DNA from: Heteronotia binoei
Taxonomy: Eukaryota
Direction: 5' to 3'
Assembly: GCF_032191835.1 (NCBI RefSeq)
Contig: NC_083224.1
Coordinates: forward strand, 157,728,001-157,792,000
Length of the DNA stretch: 64,000 nucleotides
Shown here: in pieces, positions 51,800 through 62,416 of the stretch
Layout of the letters: every line of letters starts with the position of its first letter
How positions within the stretch are numbered: the stretch's first letter is position 1
Notes under the pieces: model-generated
What the model saw: the letters and a program-made list of their open reading frames with translations, nothing else
Told to the model about the DNA's origin: nothing
Database searches by the model: none
Made by a program: the position numbers and the translations under genes

Positions 51800-52052
51800 T
51801 CATGTCATTACCAGCCTTGCTGAAGTCTTGCAAGCTGAGGACCATGAGTTATTTGATTGAGTCAATCCATCTCATGTTGGGTCTTCCTCTTTTCCTGCTG
51901 CCTTCAACTTTCCCCAGCATTATTGTGGCCTTTTCTAATGATTCTTGACTTCACATGATGTGACCATTTTAGCTTCTAGGGGGACTTCTGGCTTGATTTG
52001 ATCTAGAGCCCACTTATTTGTCTCTTTGGCAGCCCGCAGTATCCGTATTTCA
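51800..52052 (-). mobile_element. Second BovB/RTE 3' fragment, opposite orientation
   Basis: Minus strand reads WALDQIKPEVPLEAK...MLGKVEGSRKRGRPNMRWIDSI. Confidence 0.8.
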
Positions 52053-52541
52053 AATGACAAAGTTGTAAGCAATGATAAAATGAAGGAGAGGAAAACCATG
52101 GAAGCCCTTTTGAGTCCCAAATTGGGGGAGGGGGACTGAAAAGTAGATAAATAAATTGCACCCCCTCCCTCAGTTATACAATGCATGAAGGAATTAAGCA
52201 TCCTTCTGCCACTGAAGCAATTAAAGTTGCAGCCTTGTGCCACTGCATTTCAGTAGAACTTTGCTCACGAGAAGCTACTTGCATATGTGCCTTGCCTTAT
52301 CTGGCCTTGTGGAAGAGAGGTGGTGAGCTTAAAAGGTTAATGTATTTGAAGCTACGCTAGATATCTGTTTGCTCTTTTCCATTCATTCTTCGTAAACATT
52401 TTGACTCTTGCAGGTGTCTGGCAGTGCATTCTTCAGAACATGCATTAGAACAATCTGTACTACAAACATTAGCAGGAAATGTGCAGCCTGATTTGGCCAC
52501 TAGAAAAGAGGTTTTCTTGTATTTTCTGCCTCAAAGTTTAA

Positions 52542-52835
<294 letters not shown>

Positions 52836-53735
52836 TAATGCCATAGAGTCCACCCATTAAACTATCCATTTTCTGCAGGGAAACTGCTCTCTGTTGTCTG
52901 TAGATCAGTTGTAATTCCAGAAGATCTCTAGGCCTCACCTGGGGGATGGCAACCTATGCTAAGAGTCTAATTTCTTATTATAATACAATTAGGCATACTT
53001 TTCCACTGATCTATTTAAATTTACAATTAATAGTATATCCTAAGATATATTAATCTGCTCTAAATATCATATAGTATCCTCTTTTTGTCTTGTTTTAAAC
53101 ATTTTTTTTCAGAAAATGGTTGCCTGATTAACTCTGAAGGCAGGTAGCATAACATTTTTGTTAGCTCCCATCACCAAACCAGTTATATGCTAACACTGCC
53201 CCACTCCTGAAAGATGCTCAAACTTTTTGGCCTGTTTCCAGGAGGCAAAATAGTTGCCAAGAATGTCTGAATAATTAAAGGAATCAATTAAGGGGGGGGG
53301 GGAATGTAGTTTTTCAGATAGCAAAGGACAATGTAGATAAATGACCTTTTGAAAAGGATTTCTTGGTATTCTTTAAATGCATAAAAGGTTAAACTGTTGG
53401 TCCCTTATGAAATTAACATTGGGAGTGTAAACTTTTGAGAGGCAAGCAGTTCATATGTTATTTAAATCTAGCCATTTAGTATCAGGCATTGAAGAATACT
53501 GCTTCCCTGAACTTTGCCTGGTCTCTATCTGTAATTTAGGTAGTTATATCCACTAGACTGGAAACAAATACTTATTTTTCAAAAATCCAAAGGCCACTGG
53601 AATGACTGAACAGAAAAAATGGGGTCATGTGTCCTTGCCTTCTGAGGATCCAGCTACTTTTAGCTGGTATTCATGAGGGTGAGTGGTTAAAGATGCAGGT
53701 GGTTCTGCTCCCTCTGTTGTAGCATCAACCAGACT

Positions 53736-54458
53736 TAGGGCTGCCAGGTCCCTCCTAGCGACCGCAATCACTCTTCACTAAACCATAAGCCTCAGAATAT
53801 CTCAAAACTAATTTAAAAAGTATTTATATATCACCTTACACAACATTATTGCTTATAACTATCATATACAAATGTTACATTCATGTAACATTTGTATGAG
53901 ATGGGACTTGTTACAGTAGCCAACGTTTCACACATCGACTGACTACATTCACATCAAAGAATCTTTCACTGTTCCAACAGCTGTAATTTGCTACCAATCA
54001 TCAATGTTCTAATCCTCACACAAGACTAATAAATGGTTTAGTGAAGAGTGATTGCGACAGCTTTTTGTGCTTAACTTTTTGTGTGACCGCTTTTTGTGTT
54101 TAACTTCTGTATTGCAGTCCCTCCCAGGTTTGGCTTGTTTCCCTCCTGGCAACTGGCAGGGGATGGGGAGGAAGGAGAAGGCCTAGGCCACATTGCTCAT
54201 GTTGTACAGGAAATGATGTTATCACACTACAACATGTTCCTCCAGTGCTCTGGTATTTGGGCAAAAACATTAAAGTAAAAACAACTTCTACCATAGAGTT
54301 TTTGCTCAAATACCAGAGCATTGCCTGGACATTGCTGGTTTGATGATGTCACTTCCTATGTGATGCTGGAAACATGGCCTGGGCCTTCCTCTTTCTCCTG
54401 GTAAGTTGCACCACTGGCCAGCAGATCACCTCTCTACCAGGGGTGGCTGGTAACCCTA
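53736..54458. mobile_element. hAT MITE containing a foreign insert
   Basis: TIR TAGGGCTGCCAG / CTGGTAACCCTA, perfect 8-bp TSD ACCAGACT (53728-53735, 54459-54466); AT-rich insert at about 53763-54110. Confidence 0.85.
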
Positions 54459-54673
54459 ACCAGACTGGAGAGAAGCAGTCTGTTTGAGAAATACTAATAA
54501 TGAAGGGACTAAAAATGTATTGTTTCATGACTTGGATTGGGAGCACTGGGACATTTGATAAGGTTCTCTCAAAATTCAGTAGTATTCTATAGGTATAGTA
54601 AGGAATGTACATGTAGCATACCATGTTATCAGGAAAGCAGAAATAATACATTCAGGGTTGTTTGTTGTTGCAG

Positions 54674-54703
54674 GAGCTAAAAGGTGGAAAGGCTTATGCA
54701 AAG
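54674..54703 (+). CDS. FAM102B: FAM102B exon 3 (30 nt)
   Basis: ttgcag|GAG...AAG|gtaagg = ELKGGKAYAK. Confidence 0.93.
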
Positions 54704-54939
54704 GTAAGGGGAAATAATCCTATCACTTTCTCTTTTAAAACATGTTGCTATATAATTTCACTTTATAAATCTGTTTTGATATGTTTTTGATAAAAAAAGA
54801 ATGATTATCACAATTATCTCTAGATGTACTGGCTGTATAATGCTGCTCATGGGTCATATTGTAGAAAAGAGGTGCTGGAACTCATTAGCATAACATTTGC
54901 ATATGCTAGTAGCACAACTCATTTGCATATGTGTCAGAA

Positions 54940-55560
54940 GACATGAAAGAAAGAAAAATGAAAGGAAGGAAGGAAGATAGAATGAATGAAAGAAAGAAAA
55001 AGACAGAAAGAGAGAGACAGAGATAGAATAAGAGGAAGGAAAGGAGAGGTAGAAAAAAGATGAGGAGAAAGGAGTGAAAGAAAAATTAAAGAAAGATAGA
55101 ATTAAAGAAAAAGTCAGAGAAAGAATATGAGAATGGAACGAAGGTAGGAAAAAGATAGGGAGAAAGGAGTGAGAAAGAAAAGTGAAAGGAAGGAAGTTCA
55201 AGGAAGGAAGCCTTTATTGGCATAAAAATATCAGAACAAATTAGTCAAAAAGGTAAAATGGAACCATTGCGTGCATATACATCTGAGTGAGCATAAACAT
55301 AAATTGTTTCTATGAGATCCCTTGGCGTACCTTTAAAACAGAGTAAAGAAACTTAGCCACCTTCTCAATGACATTAGATGAAAAATTGTTCAAAAGTCTA
55401 TAGACCTTAGGTGCATCAGGAAGGAAGGAAGAAAGACAGAATGAAAGAAAATACAGAGACAGAAAATGGGGATGAGAAGGAAAGGAAGGGAGAAGTAGAA
55501 AAAAGACGGAGAAAGGAGTGAGAGAAAGAAAAATGAAAGGAAGGTAGAGGGGGGGAAGAT
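54940..55560. repeat. Purine-rich low-complexity blocks surrounding a LINE 3' tip
   Basis: Two similar GA-rich blocks (about 54940-55200 and 55419-55560) flank 55201-55418, which on the minus strand reads NVIEKVAKFLYSVLK* plus atgccaataaagg and a (CTTC)n tail. Confidence 0.7.
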
Positions 55561-56067
55561 CTTCGTCTTGTGTTTCCATTCAAGGCTAAAAACACAGGAT
55601 GAAGCCCAGACTGTCTGAGAGGCACGTGCATGGAGGTGAGAGAGAGAGCCCAGCTGGCCCACGCCTCTTCAACAATTTGAGAGGCATGAGGGGTGTTTTA
55701 GAGCTCCCAGAGTGGCGCTCCAGAGAATTCCCTCCCCAAACTGAGGCCCAATTCTACTAAATTTTAAATAGCTTCTACCTCCCTACAGGTCAGACACTAA
55801 ATGGCTGCCACAGCTTACCTTTAGTTGCACATTCCTTGTAGTGTAGTCACAGCTGCTGCCAAAGTAACATTTAAAAAAATCTACACAGCCAGTCAAAAGC
55901 CTTGCTGAACAAAAGCCCTGCCTGGCCAGACACACTTTCTAAAAACACTTGGTGGGTGCCAAGAATGGTGTCTCTGGGTGCCATGGCACCCCACAGTCAC
56001 CACGTTGGGGACCCCTGGGCTAAACCGTTACATCTGTTATATCCTTTGATTGTTCTGTAACTGCTAA

Positions 56068-56244
<177 letters not shown>

Positions 56245-56509
56245 TAAAATAAAAGAGCATTTTTGCTAAATATATATGTGGGAGAACAAAGCAAGGCTGT
56301 GTATCTTTTCTAACACTGACATGACAGCTCAAAAGTGCTCAGGTAATTAGACTGCCATAACATGGGTATACGTTGGAATTCAGAACTGGTTGTTCCAAGT
56401 ATAATGCAGTGAAAATCCAGCTGAGGAAAATTATTGAAAGAGCTTTATGTAAATGCAGTCATGCTAATAGGATGAAACTAAGCTAATTAAAGAATTAATT
56501 AATTTATAG

Positions 56510-56645
56510 CAGGGGTGGCCAGCGGTAGCTCTCCAGATGTTTTTTGCGTACAACTCTCATCAGCCCCAGCTATTGCCCATGCTGGCTGCGGCTGATGGCA
56601 GTTGTAGACAAAAAACACCCGGAGAGCTACTGTTGGCTACCCCTG
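56510..56645. mobile_element. Palindromic hAT MITE
   Basis: CAGGGGTGGCC / GGCTACCCCTG, whole body is a fold-back; perfect 8-bp TSD ATTTATAG. Confidence 0.92.
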
Positions 56646-57128
56646 ATTTATAGGGTAGCTCTTTAGTTTTTTGTTAAGGAGAACTTTTCCAGCTTTGCCA
56701 TCATTCATGGGTTGCGATAGTGTAAACACGGAACATGTGTTAATCTTCTGTCTTCTGAATTGTGCCAGAGGAAATCCACAGTAAATTAAGTTTTGGAGGT
56801 ATAATATTTTCTTATTTCAAGACCCATTCGACCTGAAATGGCTTGTATAACTTGCCCTTTGTTAAGGTGCTGATTGTTTTTATACACAAATAGATTTTAA
56901 AAGGCACAGAAACAGAAGATGCTGCCTTCCATCAGAATGGCTCTTGCACATTATTAATTTTTATAATGTCATTTTAGTCAGCAAGGTGCTTTGCTGGTAG
57001 TCGCCTTTTTCATCTTCACAGCAACCCTGTAAAATCAGCCACTACCGAGTAATAAATCTGACTTGTGTATTTTCCCTGTTCATATTTTGGGGGGTTTTAT
57101 CCTGCTTTTGTTTTTATTTAACTCACAG

Positions 57129-57175
57129 ATATTGATCAGCATGCAGCTTATGTCTGGAGACCCATGTTTCAAAAC
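57129..57175 (+). CDS. FAM102B: FAM102B exon 5
   Basis: tcacag|ATA...AC|gtaagt; 47 nt = ILISMQLMSGDPCFK(T). Confidence 0.93.
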
Positions 57176-57299
57176 GTAAGTTTACATATGCAAGTGAGAT
57201 TTCAGTTCCAATGTTAATAATTGGTTGTTGGGATTCTTTTGTACAAATCATGTTATGAAAAAGTTTTGCGATTATTGTGAACAGGCAGTTTGGTGCCAT

Positions 57300-57390
57300 A
57301 ATGGATGGATGGATGGATCTGTTGGATGGATGGATGGATGGATGGATGGATGGATGGATGGATGGATGGATGGATGGACGGACGGACGGA
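57300..57390. repeat. (GGAT)n/(GGAC)n microsatellite; (AC)n nearby at 57528-57558
   Basis: Read directly from the sequence. Confidence 0.95.
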
Positions 57391-57524
57391 CAGCTGTGCT
57401 CTTTCTTAAAGATTTACAAGTCCAGTTTGGGTATAGGCAGGAATGGAGATTTGGGGAGGTGTAGCACTTGATGGATGGTAATGTATTACCCCAATCCATG
57501 AAACTTCAGAGCCAATGCAGGGTG

Positions 57525-57561
<37 letters not shown>

Positions 57562-58203
57562 TGTTGATTTAATGGTGCCTAGTGTACAAACATGTCTGAA
57601 CCACTGCATGGGGATTCCTTTGAACTAAGCACAGGGTTATGCTTGGATTCCTGGATCCAGTCAAACTCAGAATGCATGTGGACACATGGATTGTTGACCT
57701 AGGTATTTTCCTGGATCCAGTCTTTGCTGGTTTGTAAAAAGGAGATTTATTTGGGCATTAACTTTGAGGGCTAGAGTCTACCAGATGCACAAAAAGTGTC
57801 ATTAGTTGACACAGGTATGTACATGCCTGCAACACACATGTACACATATATATGGACATAAAGGAATGCTAGAATGGAGTAAAAAATCAATAAAATGGTA
57901 AGAGGTGCAGCTCTTGACACTTCTAAATGGTGCTTAAGTGTTATTCAAGGTAATCACGGTGACCATTCACAATAGCAGCAGTAAATAATAGCAATAATCA
58001 TGTTTGTGAAACTAATATAATACTTGTAATTGCCCATGTCTCCTTATCACAAAGGCATCATTTTAGTTTAAAGCTAATTTTAGGACTCTGGTGAAGGTGA
58101 CCTTAAGGAAAAGGGAGCAGGTAATGGGAGAAATGGACAAGAGGAAATGTAATAGAGCTATTTTTTACAATGCTTTCTTCCTATAAAGGCAGTTCCCCTA
58201 TGT

Positions 58204-58334
58204 CAGACCAACGGTAGCTCTCCAGATGTTTTTCGCCTACAACTCCCATCAGCCCCAGCCAGCATGGCCAATGGCTGGGGCTGATGGGAGTTGTAGGCAA
58301 AAAACATCTGGAGAGCTACCACTGGCCAACCCTG
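58204..58334. mobile_element. Palindromic hAT MITE, same family as 56510
   Basis: Same fold-back body, left TIR shortened; perfect 8-bp TSD CCCTATGT (58196-58203, 58335-58342). Confidence 0.9.
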
Positions 58335-60218
58335 CCCTATGTGTTTTTTGTATGAGTTTGGTCATTTAAATAAGAAAATTTTTACATGCTGTTTTAAGAC
58401 ACTATTCCTCACCTTGCTATAATGAAGAATAAGTTCCAATAATCACATTCTCCTTTTGTCAGTTCTGTTATTTCAGTAGGTTCCAGTAGAGCAGCTGCTC
58501 CTTTTTATTGTGTGCCACCCTCTTTTGATCACAAGCCCACGTTTTGGCATTAGTGATTTATCAGAGTTCTTAATATATGTTCCGGCAGTTTATGTGCATG
58601 CTTCTAGGTTGTTCTGTCATTTGTGTGTGTGATCCTTTCCTTGCTGCAGCAGTGCTGGTGAGCCCCGTCCTTGCTGAATCACAAATTGTTTTCAACTCAG
58701 GAGTGTTCAGTGTGCAGTCTGGATTGGTTTTGTGGATCTGTTGAACTAGAACAAAGCGGACAATTTGCATCTTGCACATGTAGGGTTCTGAGTCATAGCT
58801 CACATAATGGTTTGGAAAACAATGTCTTTGAAGGAGAAAAAAGGTTCTGTATCTTGGGTAGATTCTGATTTCAGCTGTAGATCTGCAGTGGGTGAAAATG
58901 TGGGTTGCTTGTGGAAAGACTACTAGCAAATCAATACTTCTTAAAAAGTGAGGTTTTCTTAGCTGCAAAGCATTAGCAAAATAAATGCGGTCCTTGAGGA
59001 TAGGGACATAACAGAGTGTGTTGGGGACTGAAGATGCTGTTGTACTGTGTTTGGCCTTTAACTGTGGGAGTGCAATAGCTGCACATGCCTGTTAGTCTTT
59101 CTGCTGCACCAAAGGAAAATGTGGTTAGGAGGAATTTCTAGACTAATGAGGCATTTTGCGATGAGTCATATGGCTTGGCAAGAATTTTAATTGTAGCAGT
59201 GCAGCTGGAAGGCTTTTGTTGTCATCAGCCGTGCTTAAAAGTTAAATGGAGTCAGTAAAAAAATAGTGTTGTATTGTAGCACCGCATACATGCTTACTAA
59301 TAAATTTTTTTTTAAAAAAAGTGTTCCTTTTGATTTAGTGCCACTGAGGATATACTTCCCAGGGTCCTATAGCAAGTTCTGGATCCCTAAGTAGTGTATC
59401 TATGAGATAGCCATGCTTGCAAACAGGTCTGCCTCAGAGGATGAAGTCCAAAGTCTATCAGAAGTTCTACCATCAAACAGAGATGCTTGGCCCATCAGCG
59501 TTTCTTAAGTAGTGGGAGCAAGACCCCTGCAATATTCCAATCTCTTATTTCCTGGGGTGGGGGGAGTCACTTGGAGGATGTGGAATGCAGTTCTCACATG
59601 AGAGAACCATGCTTCATTGCCTCCCCTGGGGCATTCCATCCATCAACAAATGAAAAATCATCATAGGCACTCATACGATGTCACAAAGCAGATATTGGGG
59701 GAGAACAGCAAAGGAACAAGCAAGAGCCATCCCTCTGTCTCTCCCAGACAACTCTCCCGCCAGGAAATGACAGATTCATTACCCAAAGTCTCCTGAGATG
59801 TGAGAGGTGCTTCTGGGGCAATCTCCTGTTTCTTGGAAGGACAGGTTTTGGAGGGCATGAAGTAGCAACTCTTGGGGCACCCTTAGCAGCTCCCTACCGA
59901 CCCAAGGAGGAAAGCAGGTAGTATGTGTGTTGCACACATTAATTTTAATTGAAGAAGCAAATGTGGAGGAAGGTATGGCACACTTAGCAACAGCAGCTGC
60001 TGGAGTGCTTCTTTTCCAACTATGATCAAGTACTTCTACAGTACTGCAAAAATAAATTAATATTGTTGCACCTATCTCCAAAATATTTGTGCTCTTGCTT
60101 CTCATAATATTATGTATGCTATTTGATTACTTATGTGCAGTGGCAGTCTAATTATCAAGATCCCCCTATTAGTGCTTCTACTCTTTACGTGTCAGTCTTA
60201 GCTGTCATTCAGTTAAGC

Positions 60219-61875
60219 CCGCTCCAGAACCACTAATTTTGGAAGGGGTGTTGAAAGACCTGAGTAAGATTGAGGTGACAAGAGAGGAGGCCCTACAACT
60301 GATTGACAAATTAAAAACTAATAAGTCACCAGGTCCAGATGGCATACATCCAAGAGTTCTGAAAGAACTCAAAGTTGAACTTGTGGATCTCCTGACAAGA
60401 ATATGTAATCTGCCTCCGTTCCTGAGGACTGGAAGGTAGCAAACGTCACCCCCATCTTTAAAAAGGGTTCCAGAGGAGATCCGGGAAATTACAGGCCAGT
60501 CAGTCTGACTTCAATACCGGGAAAGTTGGTAGAAACCATTATCGACAGAATGAGTAGGCACATTGATGAACACACGTTATTGAGGAAGACTCAGCATGGG
60601 TTCTGTAAGGGAAGATCTTGCGTCACTAACCTGTTACATTTCTTTGAGGGGGTGAACAAATATGTTGACAAAGGAGACCCAATAGATGTTGTTTACCTTG
60701 ACTTCCAAAAAGCTTTTGATAAAGTTCCTCATCAAAGGCTCCTTAGTAAGCTCGAGAGTCATGGAGTAAAAGGATAGGTCCTCTTGTGGATCAAAAACTG
60801 ACTAATTAATAGGAAGCAGAGAGTGAGTATAAATGGGCAGTCTTCGCAGTGGAGGACGGTAAGCAGTGGGGTGCCGCAGGGCTCAGTACTGGGTCCCATG
60901 CTCTTTAACTTGTTCATAAATGATTTGGAGTTGGGAGTAAGTAGTGAAGTGGCTAAGTTTGCAGATGACACTAAATTGTTCAGGGTGGTAAGAACCAGAG
61001 AGGATTGTGAGGAACTCCAAAAAGATCTGTTGAGGCTGGGTGAGTGGGCGTCAACGTGGCAGATGAGGCTCAATGTGGCCAAGTGCAAAGTAATGCACAT
61101 TGGGGCCAAGAATCCCAGCTACAAATACAAGTCGATGGGGTGTGAACTGGCAGAGACTGACCAAGGGAGAGATTTTGGGGTCGTGGTAGATAACTCACTG
61201 AAATGTCAAGACAGTGTGCGATTGCAATAAAAAAGGCCAACGCCATGCTGGGAATTATTAGGAAGGGAATTGAAAACAAATCAGCCAGTATCATAATGCC
61301 CCTGTATAAATCAATGGTCAGGTCTCATTTGGAATACTGTGTACAATTCTGGTCACCGCACCTCAAAAAGGATATTATAGCATTGGAAAAAGTCCAGAAG
61401 AGGGCAACTAGAATGATTAAAGGTTTGGAACACTTTCCCTCTGAAGAAAGGTTAAAATGCTTGGGGCTCTTTAGCTTGGAGAAACGTCGACTGCGGGGTG
61501 ACATGATAGAGGTTTACAAGATTATGCATGGGATGGAGAGGATAGACAGAGAAGTACTTTTCTCCCTTTCTCACAATACAAGAACTCATGGGCATTCAAT
61601 GAAATTGCTGAGCAGTCAGGTTAAAATGGATAAAAGTAAGTACTTTTTCACCCAAAGGGTGATTAACATGTGGAATTCACTGCCACAGGAGGTGGTGGTG
61701 GCTACAAGCATAGCCAGCTTCAAGAGGGGATTGGATAAAAATATGGAGCAGAGATCCATCAGCGTCTATTAGCCACTGTGTGTGTGTGTGTGTGTGTATT
61801 GGTCACTGTGTGACACAGAGTGTTGGACTGGATGGGCAATTGGCCTGATCCAACATGGCTTCTCTTATGTTCTTA
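60219..61875 (+). mobile_element. 5'-truncated CR1 LINE
   Basis: KSPGPDGIHPRVLKEL, QHGFCKGRSC, YLDFQKAFDKVPH, GVPQGSVLGP and FADDTKLF motifs with a few frameshifts; same 3' UTR and tail as 38984-39902. Confidence 0.97.
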
Positions 61876-62159
61876 TCTTTAAAAACAATATATAGTTTAG
61901 AACTGAAATCTGTTTTGTTCAACCTGAATGCTACTCTTCTGTAGAATTGCATGTTTTGTATTTAGCAGGGCAGCTGGATTGCACACAACCTGCCTTTATT
62001 TTGGGTTCAGTTTATCAGCAGGTCATTGGACAGCACCATTATTTAGTTATCAGCCTTTCCTCAGAGCTGGGGCCATAGATTCCATTTTTGGTAAACAAAG
62101 TGTCCTGGTCTGGTTGCCAGATCTAGTCTGATTTTGTCAAATCTTAGAAGATAGGAAGA

Positions 62160-62310
62160 GTTAGTATTTGGACAGAAGACCACCAAGGAAGTCCAGGGTT
62201 GCTACATAGAGGAAGGCAATGGCAAACTATCTCTGTTCCTTCCTTGCCTGGAAAACCTTAGATGGTTGCCATACATCAACTGAGACTTGATGGCGCTTTC
62301 CACCACCAAC
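62160..62310 (+). mobile_element. 5S/Sauria-type SINE fragment
   Basis: ttagtatttggacagaagaccaccaaggaa and gaggaaggcaatggcaaac...ggaaaacc match the 10715 copy. Confidence 0.6.
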
Positions 62311-62416
62311 AGCATGTTAAAAGGAAATAAATAGCATTGTTTTCCTAATTGGGTCCAGCATCTTGGCTGTTTTAAATATGAAATTAAGTACACTTTTTGA
62401 TAACTGTGCTCTCAGA

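Noticed and set aside
59330-59930. Possible LTR or unknown exon in a moderately GC-rich unique stretch
   Set aside because: No termini, TSD, motif or credible ORF found; left unassigned.
57176-62416. FAM102B exon 6
   Set aside because: No segment with suitable splice sites and the expected Ser/Pro-rich continuation was recognised; it is presumably beyond the window.
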